Positions 44,876-54,261 of a stretch of 64,000 nucleotides of DNA are shown piece by piece (within the stretch, counting starts at the first letter, position 1; the number at the start of each line of letters is the position of its first letter). The position numbers were made by a program, and so were the translations under genes. The DNA is from Pseudomonadota bacterium (lineage in GTDB: Bacteria > Pseudomonadota > Gammaproteobacteria > Steroidobacterales > Woeseiaceae). The stretch spans positions 8,113-72,112 of the forward strand of contig JADFHE010000008.1 in NCBI GenBank assembly GCA_022567295.1, written 5' to 3'. The notes beneath the pieces were generated by a model. It saw only the letters and a list, made by a program, of their open reading frames with translations. It made no database searches and was not told the origin of the DNA.

Positions 44876-46540
44876 ATGGAGAAGAATTTCGACTACGTAA
44901 TCGTCGGTGCTGGGTCGGCGGGTTGTGTTCTTGCCCGCAGGCTGACTGAAAATCCGGATACATCCGTATTGCTGCTTGAGGCCGGCGGCGTCGATCCTTT
45001 CTGGGAATGGAAAATACGCATGCCAGCCGCACTCGCCTACCCAATGAACGGCACGCGCTACAACTGGGACTATCACACAGAACCGGAACCGCACCTCGGC
45101 GGTCGCATCATGCACTGCCCGCGCGGCAGAGTGCTCGGTGGTTCCTCGTCGATAAATGGCATGGTTTACATTCGAGGTAACGCGCTCGACTACGATCGTT
45201 GGGCCAAAGAGGATGCATCCCTCGCGGATTGGGATTATCAACACTGCCTGCCGTACTTCATTAAGTCGGAAACAAGGGAAGGCGGCGACAACGACTATCA
45301 CGGTGATTCCGGGCCGCAGATGGTCGCCAGGGGCCGCGCTGACAATCCGCTGTTCGGCGCCTTCATCAATGCGGCACAGGAAGCCGGCTACCCGTACACG
45401 AGCGATATGAACGGCTATCAACAGGAAGGTTTTGGCCCTATGGATCGCACCACGGGCAATGGCGTTCGACAGTCGACTGCCGTGGGCTACTTGCGCCCGG
45501 CCATGCGGCGACCGAACCTGACGGTATTGACCCGCGCTGTCGCCCAGCGGCTGATTCAGAACGGGCGGCGTATTCGCGGCCTGGAATTCGCGTACAGGCG
45601 TCGTGCGTGCAAGGTTCTTGCGAAGTGCGAGGTGATTCTCTCTGGAGGACCGATTAATAATCCGAAACTGTTGATGCTGTCAGGCATCGGGCCCGCCGAT
45701 CACATTGAGGAGATGGGAATTACACCGACGCATGCGTTGCCGGGCGTTGGGAAAAATTTGCAGGATCATCTTGAAATTTATTTGCAAATGGAGTGTGTGC
45801 GACCGGTATCACTGTACAAGTACTACAACCTTTTGGGCAAAGCCTACGTCGGTGCACGATGGCTGATTACGCGCACCGGTTTGGGCGCAAGCAATTCCTT
45901 TGAGGCCGGCGGTTTTATCCGCAGCCGCGCAGGTATCCAACACCCTGACATTCAATATCACTTTTTTCCCATGGCGATACGCTACGACGGCAAAAGCCCA
46001 AACGACTCACACGGCTTCCAGGCACACGTCGGACCGATGCGATCGCAAAGCAGGGGATGGGTGAAACTACGTTCTTCGAATCCGAACGATGCACCAAGAA
46101 TCTGTTTCAACTACATGTCGAAAGACGAAGACTGGGAAGAATTCAGAGCCGCGGTGCGCTTGACGCGGGAAATATTCGGGCAACAGGCTTTTGCGCCTTT
46201 TGCCGGCGTCGAATTATCTCCGGGTCCCGACGTTCAAAGTGACGCAGACATCGATGCCTTCATTAAAGGTGCAGTGGAGTCGGCATATCATCCGTCGTGC
46301 ACCTGCAAGATGGGCAGTAATGAGATGTCCGTTGTCGACGCTCATTGCAAAGTGCCTGGTCTGGATGGATTGCGCATCGTCGATTCGTCAATCATGCCAT
46401 CCATCGTCAGTGGCAACCTGAATGCACCAACAATAATGATCGCCGAAAAGGCCGCCGATATCATTGCCGGAAAGACTCCGTTGAAACCGGCCGGCGTCCC
46501 TGTCTATGTGGCGCAAGATTATCGTGACAAGCAACGTTAG
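44876..46540 (+). CDS. betA: Choline dehydrogenase (GMC oxidoreductase)
   Basis: 554 aa, collinear with E. coli BetA as I recall it: FDYVIVGAGSAGCVLARRLTENPDTSVLLLEAGG, RYNWDYHTEPEP, GSSSINGMVYIRGNALDYD and NGYQQEGFGPMDRT. Confidence 0.75.
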   Translation: MEKNFDYVIVGAGSAGCVLARRLTENPDTSVLLLEAGGVDPFWEWKIRMPAALAYPMNGTRYNWDYHTEPEPHLGGRIMHCPRGRVLGGSSSINGMVYIRGNALDYDRWAKEDASLADWDYQHCLPYFIKSETREGGDNDYHGDSGPQMVARGRADNPLFGAFINAAQEAGYPYTSDMNGYQQEGFGPMDRTTGNGVRQSTAVGYLRPAMRRPNLTVLTRAVAQRLIQNGRRIRGLEFAYRRRACKVLAKCEVILSGGPINNPKLLMLSGIGPADHIEEMGITPTHALPGVGKNLQDHLEIYLQMECVRPVSLYKYYNLLGKAYVGARWLITRTGLGASNSFEAGGFIRSRAGIQHPDIQYHFFPMAIRYDGKSPNDSHGFQAHVGPMRSQSRGWVKLRSSNPNDAPRICFNYMSKDEDWEEFRAAVRLTREIFGQQAFAPFAGVELSPGPDVQSDADIDAFIKGAVESAYHPSCTCKMGSNEMSVVDAHCKVPGLDGLRIVDSSIMPSIVSGNLNAPTIMIAEKAADIIAGKTPLKPAGVPVYVAQDYRDKQR

Positions 46541-46558
46541 TTGGGAGTAGATTTCCCT

Positions 46559-47776
46559 ATGGCAGCAGAGCAGCTCATCGTTCCAGATTTTGATACGTAC
46601 CCGGTAACGCACGCACTGGAAGAAGCATGGGTGATCGACGGGGGCGTAAAATTACGCTGGGACGACGGACTCGAGAGCCGGCTACCGGTGCTTTGGCTAC
46701 GCGAGTTCAGTCCCGATATATCCACATTCCACGCCATCACTCGCGAGCAAATGATCAAGCTTACCGAGATTCCGGCCGACCTCATCGCCAGCGAGGCGAC
46801 GATCGCACAGGACGGTTTTCTGAGCGTTCTCTGGGAACCCGAGAGTTTATCGAGTCGCTACCACCCCGGTTGGTTGCGTGCCCATATTCCTGATACGCCT
46901 GACGCAATTTTTGCATTGCCTGAACGACAGTTGTGGCGAGATGCTGATCATAAAAAAGCAACCTGGTTCGACGGTAACGCGGTTCGCGAAGGCCGACATG
47001 GGGTATTCAAAGAGTGGGTTGAGGCCATCCACATACACGGCGTCGGCTTGCTGAGAGGACTACCGGCCGAGCCGGCGATTATTCCAGAAATCCCCGACCT
47101 GATCGGTCCGGTCCGCACCACAAACTTCGGATCGATCTATGAGGTGATCAATCGCCCGGATGCCAATTCGAACGCCTTTACGGCGATCGCGCTAGCAGCT
47201 CACACCGATCTGGCAACTCGAGAGTACGTTCCGGGACTGCAGTTTCTGTTTTGTTTGGTCAATGACGTGGTTGGCGGCAACAGCATTCTGGCAGACGGCT
47301 TTTCAATCGCTGAGCAACTGAAACAGGAATCCGCCGAGTTCTATGAGGTGTTGTCCACCGTGGCAATCCCATTCGGCACCAAGGATAAGAACAGTGATTA
47401 CCGTTATACCGCCCCGGTACTCGAACACGATTGCGAGGGCAAGCTGTCGGCACTTCGCTATACCTACTGGCTGCGCTCACCGATGAGCGGCAGCTTTGAC
47501 ACTATCACGACGTTTTATGCGGCTTTTCGCCGCCTTCAGGAAATCGCGAATGACCCGGCGAATCAGATTGATTTCCGCTTGAATCCGGGCGAGATGATGG
47601 CCTTCGATAATCGGCGCATACTGCACGGCCGCGCGGCTTTCGACCCCGCCTCGGGAAAAAGGTTGTTGCGTGGTTGTTACGGTGAACGGGAAGATCTTGA
47701 ATCCTGTTTGCGAATTCTAAATCGTAAAGAACGAAAACGTGCGGCAACCTCGCGCCACACCGCATCGTCCGAATGA
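46559..47776 (+). CDS. Gamma-butyrobetaine hydroxylase-like Fe2+/2-oxoglutarate dioxygenase (DUF971 + TauD/TfdA fold)
   Basis: N-terminal DUF971-like LRWDDGLESRLPVLWLREFSPD; facial-triad candidates AAHTDLA and ILHGRAAF. ATG at 46559; the ORF track's TTG is at 46541. Confidence 0.65.
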   Translation: MAAEQLIVPDFDTYPVTHALEEAWVIDGGVKLRWDDGLESRLPVLWLREFSPDISTFHAITREQMIKLTEIPADLIASEATIAQDGFLSVLWEPESLSSRYHPGWLRAHIPDTPDAIFALPERQLWRDADHKKATWFDGNAVREGRHGVFKEWVEAIHIHGVGLLRGLPAEPAIIPEIPDLIGPVRTTNFGSIYEVINRPDANSNAFTAIALAAHTDLATREYVPGLQFLFCLVNDVVGGNSILADGFSIAEQLKQESAEFYEVLSTVAIPFGTKDKNSDYRYTAPVLEHDCEGKLSALRYTYWLRSPMSGSFDTITTFYAAFRRLQEIANDPANQIDFRLNPGEMMAFDNRRILHGRAAFDPASGKRLLRGCYGEREDLESCLRILNRKERKRAATSRHTASSE

Positions 47777-49269
47777 CTATCGATAGTTTACGCGTCGCCG
47801 TTATTGGCGGAGGTTTGATCGGTGCCGGCTGGATTGCGCGCTTTGCGGAAAACGGTGTCGACGTCTCGGTATACGACCCCGCGCCCGATGCAGAAGAAAA
47901 GGCGAATCGTGTACTCGAGAACGCAGATCGCGCTTATTCGAAGCTGACGATGGCGCCACGCACGAATAAAGGTGATGTGCGTTTTGTCGATTCCATCGAT
48001 AAGGCCGTACGCAATGCCGGGCTGATCGTTGAGGCCGTTCCCGAAGAGCCGTCTCTGAAAAAAACAATTTATGCCGAGATCGAGAAGACCGCCGCTGCGG
48101 AGGCACTCATCGCATCATCAACATCCGGCATCCTGCCAAGTAATTTGCAGGAAGGAATGCTTCATCCGGAACGCCTGCTGGTCGCCCACCCTTTCAACCC
48201 GGTTTACTTATTGCCATTGGTTGAGTTGGTCGGTGGCAGGGAAACAGCCGCCGACGTCATTCGCAGGGCCAGCGAAATCTATCGGGCCATCGGTATGCAC
48301 CCGCTCCACATCAAAAAGGAAATCGAGGCATTCGTAGCCGATCGGCTGCTCGAAGCAGTCTGGCGCGAATCGTTATGGCTCGTTAAAGACGGAATCGCAA
48401 CGACCGGGGAAATCGACGATGCAATACGCTTCGGGTTTGGACTGCGTTGGGCGCAAATGGGGCTGTTCGAAACCTACCGGCTTGCGGGCGGCGAAGCCGG
48501 CATGCGTCATTTCATGGCCCAGTTCGGACCGTGCCTGAAATGGCCCTGGACGAAGCTGACGGACGTGCCGGACCTCACCGATGAACTCGTTGATCTGATT
48601 GCGTCACAATCGGATGCACAATCCGGTCATCATTCGATCCGTGAGCTCGAACGAATTCGCGATGACAACCTGGTTGCGATCTTGCAGGCACTAAAAGTCA
48701 ATAACTGGGGTGCAGGAGAAACGCTGGCGAACTATGAGAAGCAACGCTTCGATGCCGGAGCGCTAACCGCGACTGATGTCGATAAGTCGCAACCGATCCG
48801 TACCCTCGAACGGCTGGTGCCGGCGGATTGGACCGACTACAACAACCACATGAATGAGAGCCGCTACTTGCAGTGTTTTGCCGATGCGTCCGACTCGCTT
48901 TTGCGTGTTATCGGCGTTGACGCAGAGTATGTTGCCAATCGCGGCTCATACTTCACCGTAGAAACACATATCCGGCATCTGAATGAGGTTGCCGCTCTGC
49001 AACCCATCTATGTTACGACCCAGATACTAAAGGCTCGCGGCAAGAAGCTGCATTTGTTTCATCGTCTTTACCATGGCAGCGACCAATTGCTTGCGACGGG
49101 CGAACATATGCTGCTCCATGTGAACCTTGAAACACGCAGTGCATCAGAACCGGCGACCGAGGTCAGTCAGCGTGCTACCGAAATTGCACAGGCGCATGCG
49201 CACCTTGAGACACCGGAGGGCGCGGGTCGGGCCATCGGCCAACCGCTGTCAGTTGGCAGAACTCGCTGA
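47773..49269 (+). CDS. L-carnitine dehydrogenase fused to a hotdog-fold (betainyl-CoA-type) thioesterase
   Basis: N-terminus VAVIGGGLIGAGWIARFAENGVDVSVYDPAP and the 3-hydroxyacyl-CoA-dehydrogenase fold are typical of carnitine dehydrogenase. The C-terminal ~150 aa (WTDYNNHMNESRYLQCF) are 4HBT/YbgC-like. ATGA overlap with the upstream gene. Confidence 0.7.
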   Translation: MTIDSLRVAVIGGGLIGAGWIARFAENGVDVSVYDPAPDAEEKANRVLENADRAYSKLTMAPRTNKGDVRFVDSIDKAVRNAGLIVEAVPEEPSLKKTIYAEIEKTAAAEALIASSTSGILPSNLQEGMLHPERLLVAHPFNPVYLLPLVELVGGRETAADVIRRASEIYRAIGMHPLHIKKEIEAFVADRLLEAVWRESLWLVKDGIATTGEIDDAIRFGFGLRWAQMGLFETYRLAGGEAGMRHFMAQFGPCLKWPWTKLTDVPDLTDELVDLIASQSDAQSGHHSIRELERIRDDNLVAILQALKVNNWGAGETLANYEKQRFDAGALTATDVDKSQPIRTLERLVPADWTDYNNHMNESRYLQCFADASDSLLRVIGVDAEYVANRGSYFTVETHIRHLNEVAALQPIYVTTQILKARGKKLHLFHRLYHGSDQLLATGEHMLLHVNLETRSASEPATEVSQRATEIAQAHAHLETPEGAGRAIGQPLSVGRTR

Positions 49270-49345
49270 GCGGGGTTGGAGCCGTAATCTGGAGTAGAAT
49301 TGCGCAGGGTTGTTATCCAGCTCTATTAATAAGGAGGCGTTTGAG

Positions 49346-49540
49346 ATGAACAACGAAATAAAACAAGTAATGATCGCCGGCGCCGTCGGTACCGTGGGGA
49401 TTATGTGGGTTGTCGGTGGGATCGCGCTCGTTATGGGGGCTTTCCAGGAACACTGGGCGCTTGGATGGCTGTCGTTGTTTGTCTGGATCTGGGGTTGTAT
49501 TACGGCCGGGCTTTATTTCAAAGTGCAGCGCTTCTTCTAG
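49346..49540 (+). CDS. Small two-TM membrane protein, unknown function
   Basis: 64 aa from the ATG preceded by AAGGAGG at 8-nt spacing. Two hydrophobic segments. Followed by a terminator. Confidence 0.55.
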   Translation: MNNEIKQVMIAGAVGTVGIMWVVGGIALVMGAFQEHWALGWLSLFVWIWGCITAGLYFKVQRFF

Positions 49541-49578
49541 AAGTCCAGTAATTCAATTTTCTCGTCTCTGCACGACGG

Positions 49579-49609
49579 AAAAGAGCTCCCAAATCGGGAG
49601 CTCTTTTTT
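49579..49609. terminator. Rho-independent terminator (usable in both directions)
   Basis: 12-bp stem AAAAGAGCTCCC / GGGAGCTCTTTT with loop AAATC and trailing T-run, between convergent genes. Confidence 0.8.
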
Positions 49610-49615
49610 GTTGGC

Positions 49616-50086
49616 CTATTCGGCTTCCGCGACGTGATGATGCCCGACTTCAGTCACTGAATTGGCGACTTTGGAAAAGTAGTTCATCAAAATCTCCTCA
49701 GCCTCATCCGTGCCACCCGATATTTCCGCCAGGGCTGCGAACCACTTTATGTTGTTCGGTGAGCGGTACCATTCAAGATCCGCCATGCCCCCGGCCAACT
49801 CCCATACAAACGTCGCATCCCATTTCCCCGATTGATAATGGATTGCCAGTATCGGGCCCGGCGTTCCAGCTTTTTCCCCGGCGACCATAAAATGCTCACG
49901 AATAATTTGCATGGCCGATTCACGCTGGCCAGGTTTGAAACTGACGTGGGTGACTCTCAAATACCTGGCATCATCTCCCTGCGTAACAGGCCCCTCATCG
50001 TCATCCTGCGCGAAGCTTGCTCCCGATGAAAGGTACATAAGTGCAGCTACGGCAAGCAACTTGCCGATCGTGTCGGTTCTTGTCAT
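49616..50086 (-). CDS. Exported hypothetical protein
   Basis: 156 aa; signal peptide LLAVAALMYLSSGASFAQ. I recognised no family motif. Confidence 0.5.
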   Translation of the reverse strand: MTRTDTIGKLLAVAALMYLSSGASFAQDDDEGPVTQGDDARYLRVTHVSFKPGQRESAMQIIREHFMVAGEKAGTPGPILAIHYQSGKWDATFVWELAGGMADLEWYRSPNNIKWFAALAEISGGTDEAEEILMNYFSKVANSVTEVGHHHVAEAE

Positions 50087-50190
50087 CTTAATCCCCTATG
50101 CGTTTACAGAGGCGCTGCATTATTACTTGTTGGTCTGCCGCAGCGCCGTGTCATCGAATATTAGTAGAGATGTCGGCGTATTGCGAGATT

Positions 50191-50733
50191 TTACCCGTGC
50201 CAGGCCGATCCGGCGTCGCGATGCCTGCGCAGCTCAATCTGCTCTTGTACTGAATCAAACAGGCCATTTCTCAGCCCGGCCAGCTTGAATAATTCAACAA
50301 CCGTGAAAAACGGCGCGGCCAGATTCGCCTGTATCGGGTGTTTGATCAGCACCGGCATCGATTTTTCCACGGCGTGACCAATGAACTGGGCAATATAGCC
50401 ACCAAAGAAACACGCGGCAGCTATGAGCCAACCGGTATTTCCCGGATATGCGCCTAGTTTCACCGCGAGCAGCGACAGGAGATAGCCGCCAACCGCGAAT
50501 GCAAACGCGAAAATTACATCGAGTGTCAGGTAGAAAAGGGAAAAGCCCGCAATAACAACGTGTGCCAGTGAAAGTCGAAATTCACCTATCTCAAATCCTG
50601 CCCATGTCAGCGGAATCAATATGCCGAGCATGATCGTCGGTATGCCGATCATGTGCACAAAAATATTGAACGGATGCTGGTGCGACGCGGCGTAGCCCGT
50701 CAGCATGTCCCTCAACTTTCCTTCCGCTTGCAT
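50191..50733 (-). CDS. Mpo1-like (DUF962) membrane protein
   Basis: HQHPFNIFVHMIGIPTIMLG and the later GHAVEK motif match DUF962/YGL010w-like proteins. Start taken at MQAEGKL. Confidence 0.6.
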   Translation of the reverse strand: MQAEGKLRDMLTGYAASHQHPFNIFVHMIGIPTIMLGILIPLTWAGFEIGEFRLSLAHVVIAGFSLFYLTLDVIFAFAFAVGGYLLSLLAVKLGAYPGNTGWLIAAACFFGGYIAQFIGHAVEKSMPVLIKHPIQANLAAPFFTVVELFKLAGLRNGLFDSVQEQIELRRHRDAGSAWHG

Positions 50734-50819
50734 TCCGCATTCCCTTGTTCGTGTGGCGGTCAATCTAGCATGAATCGGTATACTTGAAGCGCCTGTAAAC
50801 GTGTTGAAGGAGGCCTGTT

Positions 50820-51389
50820 ATGACTTTTTTGATTGTCGGCGTTGTTCTCTGGAGCGTCACTCATTTGATCCCGTCCACCCTGCCCCAGGTACGGACGAGT
50901 CTGATTGGTAAACTGGGTATCGGCCCGTTCAAGGGCCTGTTCGCGATCGACATACTTCTGGCCCTCTTCTTGATCATATTCGGCTGGAAGGCATCTGAGC
51001 CTGTCGCTATCTATACACCGCCGTTGGCTGGCAATGAAATTGCAGCGGTTCTGATGCTCGTCGGACTCATTCTGTTCGTAGCATCCAGCGTGCAGGGCAA
51101 TATCAAACGCTATGTACGGCATCCGCAAATGCTTGGCGTCATTTGTTGGGGTGTCGCTCATCTTCTGGCTAACGGCGACAGTCGTTCGCTCATATTATTT
51201 GGCGGCCTGTCGACCTGGGCGGTGCTGGAAATCATTTTCATCAATCGCCGTGACGGCATCTGGGAAAAGCCCGCTGTCAGGCCCGTGAAAATGGACCTAA
51301 TAACCGTAATTGCCGGTGCTGCAGCCTTCGCTGCCCTGCTCTATTTTCATGCCCGTTTGTTCGGCGCATCCGTGGCAATACTGGGCTAG
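50820..51389 (+). CDS. NnrU-family membrane protein
   Basis: 189 aa, multi-TM. MTFLIVGVVLWSVTHLIPS and RHPQMLGVICWGVAHLLANGD are typical NnrU motifs. GGAGG RBS. Confidence 0.65.
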   Translation: MTFLIVGVVLWSVTHLIPSTLPQVRTSLIGKLGIGPFKGLFAIDILLALFLIIFGWKASEPVAIYTPPLAGNEIAAVLMLVGLILFVASSVQGNIKRYVRHPQMLGVICWGVAHLLANGDSRSLILFGGLSTWAVLEIIFINRRDGIWEKPAVRPVKMDLITVIAGAAAFAALLYFHARLFGASVAILG

Positions 51390-51546
51390 TAATCAGTGAC
51401 TTACGTCACTACTTGACCATCATCAGGAGACCATCAGAAAACATTCGAAATTAGTCACTTTGTAATCAGTTAGTTACACGGAGACATCACTAGATTTGAT
51501 TCCGAGGCCGCAACACGGGGCGGCCGACAAAAAACGGAGTCAAATC

Positions 51547-52995
51547 ATGAAAATCGCCAAATACAACATCGCCACACTCGCAATCGTTATCGCAATGACG
51601 GCTGGCTGCGCGTCAGCCCCGCAGCACACCGACCGCGGCTTCAAGGCCCAGCGCGTTGTGACCCGAGGCGCCCACATCGGCTGGCAATACGCTCGATCCG
51701 TCTACGAAAACCCGATCAATCGCCCTGTCTCGCACGTTACCTCGCTGGCATCCCTTGCGCTCAAGTCAACCGGTGGCATGCTGCGCCGCGTTGTGATCGG
51801 CACGGTACAGATGCCAGCGTTGAACGGTGACATTCCCGAGATCAGCCATGCCGATACCATGGATATCGAAGCGTTCGAAAGGAAGTTGGACAAGGTGACC
51901 GGCACACGCCGTGACACCGGCCGGATCAAGTTTCTTGTCGACGGAGACGAGTATTTCTGCCGCCTCATGAGCTCCATTGACAATGCCGAAGAAAGCATTG
52001 ACATCCGTACGTACATTTTCGACAACGACGATTACGCTGTCACCGTCGCCGATCGCTTGAAAGAACGATCGAATGACGTCCGGGTTCGCATCATGATAGA
52101 CGGGCTGGGCAACCTGCAGGCAATGCAGGCAGACCCGGACACAATGCCCGCCGACCACAAAGTTCCGCTATCGATGCGCATGTACATGGAACGTGGCTCC
52201 GAAGTGAAGGTTCGCAATACCACCAATCCGTGGTTCACGGGCGATCACACGAAGACCACGATCATCGATAAGAAACTGGCATTTGTCGGCGGCATGAACA
52301 TTGGCCGCGAATACCGTTACGACTGGCACGACCTGATGATGGAAGTCACAGGTCCCGTCGTCGACAGGCTGCAGTTCGAATCCGACAAGGCGTGGGCCCG
52401 GGCCGGCCTGTTCGGCGATTTCGCCAACGTCGTCGCATTCATCAAGGGCAAGAAAGAGACAGCGGACAGAGGCGGCTACCCGGTTAGAATTCTGCAGACG
52501 CGGAATTTCGACTCAGATATCCACAAGGCGCAAATCGCCGCCATTCAGAGTGCACAGAGCTACATCTTGATCGAGAACGCCTATTTCTCCGATGACCGGA
52601 CAGTCTATGAATTGGCCAAAGCGCGTCGTCGCGGCGTCGATGTGCGCGTCATTATCCCTGACAGAGGTAATCACGGACCGCTGAACGCCAGCAACATAAT
52701 CACGATCAACAAATTGTTGCAGCATGGCATTCGTGTCTACCGGTACCCCGGCATGAGCCACGTAAAGGCGGCAATTTACGACGGTTGGGCCAGCGTAGGC
52801 TCGGCGAATTTCGACAAATTAAGCCTCAAGATCAACAAAGAACTGAATCTTGCGACCTCAGACCCCGAGACGGTTAACGCTTTGCTGGACCAGGTATTTA
52901 TTCCCGATCTTATGATGTCGCGGGAGGTCAACCAGCCGCTCGATGTAACCGTTGCGACGCGACTCGCCGAGATCGTAGTAGACGAACTGCTATGA
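51547..52995 (+). CDS. Phospholipase D / cardiolipin-synthase-like protein with two HKD motifs, lipoprotein
   Basis: Lipobox MTAGC; HKD motifs HTKTTIID..GGMNIG and HVKAAIYD..GSANFD. Start at MKIAKYN; the ORF track extends to 51496. Confidence 0.75.
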   Translation: MKIAKYNIATLAIVIAMTAGCASAPQHTDRGFKAQRVVTRGAHIGWQYARSVYENPINRPVSHVTSLASLALKSTGGMLRRVVIGTVQMPALNGDIPEISHADTMDIEAFERKLDKVTGTRRDTGRIKFLVDGDEYFCRLMSSIDNAEESIDIRTYIFDNDDYAVTVADRLKERSNDVRVRIMIDGLGNLQAMQADPDTMPADHKVPLSMRMYMERGSEVKVRNTTNPWFTGDHTKTTIIDKKLAFVGGMNIGREYRYDWHDLMMEVTGPVVDRLQFESDKAWARAGLFGDFANVVAFIKGKKETADRGGYPVRILQTRNFDSDIHKAQIAAIQSAQSYILIENAYFSDDRTVYELAKARRRGVDVRVIIPDRGNHGPLNASNIITINKLLQHGIRVYRYPGMSHVKAAIYDGWASVGSANFDKLSLKINKELNLATSDPETVNALLDQVFIPDLMMSREVNQPLDVTVATRLAEIVVDELL

Positions 52996-53044
52996 ATGTG
53001 CCAGAAGTAACGCCACTGTTAGTGAATGGTTTTGGGAGGCAGAA

Positions 53045-53446
53045 ATGCAGGGGTTATTGCTTGGCTTACTGCTGCTACTCTCGATTGTCGGGCTGCTTGT
53101 ATGGATTCGGCAAAACAGAGCAGAGTCGACAGCCAAGTCAGCGGCAAAACCGGACGATAACAGCGCCTTTCACGCGGTCGCAATCAAATGCTCTGATAAA
53201 GCATGCGATGCGGCGAAGGCAATGACCGGACGCCGCTTTCTCTCCAACGCTGCGCCGCGCTTACCGTTACCGGAATGTGACCTTCTCGAATGCCGCTGCC
53301 GGTTCGTCCATTATAAAGATCGACGAACGCATCGCGGTCGACGCAGCCCCTTCGCCACGAGCAGCTCAAGCGGAACGACCGGAACTCTTGAGCAAAACAG
53401 GCGAGAAAAAGCCGATCGGCGATCCGACGCCAATCTGGATGACTAA
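53045..53446 (+). CDS. Hypothetical single-TM protein with Cys motif and basic tail
   Basis: 133 aa; N-terminal TM LLLGLLLLLSIVGLLVWI; PECDLLECRCRFVHYKDRR. No family recognised. Confidence 0.4.
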   Translation: MQGLLLGLLLLLSIVGLLVWIRQNRAESTAKSAAKPDDNSAFHAVAIKCSDKACDAAKAMTGRRFLSNAAPRLPLPECDLLECRCRFVHYKDRRTHRGRRSPFATSSSSGTTGTLEQNRREKADRRSDANLDD

Positions 53447-54075
53447 TAGCCCATGTCAGCTACGACGATCTGGTAGTGCTCGAGCTCAACCTGAGAGCGC
53501 GCACGGATTTCGTACAGGTTCCTGATTTCGGTCTCAAGTTGCCCGGTCCGCTCAGAGAGCTCTTTTAGATCGGCAAGCAGTAAGACACGGTCTGCCAACG
53601 CCATTTCGTTCAATATCACCGCCACTTCTTTTTCCGTGATCAAATCTTCGATTTGATGCAGCTCGTGTTCTTTCGAATGGATTGAATTGCTTGCACGGCT
53701 GACGTTCGACCTTAGGGAATACAGTTGATAGCCGGCATTGTAAGCATCCAGAAAACTGGCTTCCAGATTGACGCTGCAGACACCATTATAGCTACCGCCG
53801 TTTGAGCCAACCTTAAAGCCGCGGCCAGGCTGACAATATTCAACCAGACCCTGATCTCGACCGTTCTGGTAGGCCGCAAAATCCGGCGTCACTCCGTGTT
53901 TCGCACAAGCTTTCCGATGCCTGGTCAGGCGCTCCATCGTGTAGCCGCGCGAACCGTCTTCATAGCCGATAGCCGACCAGTCACTGGTCATACATTCGTC
54001 ACTGCTCATGGTCGCACAACCGTTAAGACCGGCAACTACTAAGGCCAGCCAGATCAATTTCGACTTTCTATTCAT
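53443..54075 (-). CDS. DUF2799-like lipoprotein with C-terminal coiled coil
   Basis: Lipobox LNGC; repeated C..DW..G..DG..G modules (ECMTSDWSAIGYEDGSRGY). Start at MNRKSK. Confidence 0.55.
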   Translation of the reverse strand: MNRKSKLIWLALVVAGLNGCATMSSDECMTSDWSAIGYEDGSRGYTMERLTRHRKACAKHGVTPDFAAYQNGRDQGLVEYCQPGRGFKVGSNGGSYNGVCSVNLEASFLDAYNAGYQLYSLRSNVSRASNSIHSKEHELHQIEDLITEKEVAVILNEMALADRVLLLADLKELSERTGQLETEIRNLYEIRARSQVELEHYQIVVADMGY

Positions 54076-54184
54076 GACACGCTCCATCCAGATGGTTTTC
54101 GCAGCTCATGCTCCCATATAGTCACAAAGCCTGCTGTATAGACGCCTGAAACAGCGAATTACGGCCCGCTTCTTGGCATCTCAA

Positions 54185-54200
54185 TGTGACTTGGGTCACA
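54185..54200. promoter_or_regulatory. Candidate CRP/Vfr-type binding site TGTGA-N6-TCACA
   Basis: The exact consensus core TGTGACTTGGGTCACA, read in the divergent intergenic region between the DUF2799 and NERD genes. Confidence 0.4.
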
Positions 54201-54261
54201 GAGTCGGGCCCGTTGCGGCGATACGCTCAGACGAATACCCAGGATATGCGGAGACGAGCCG

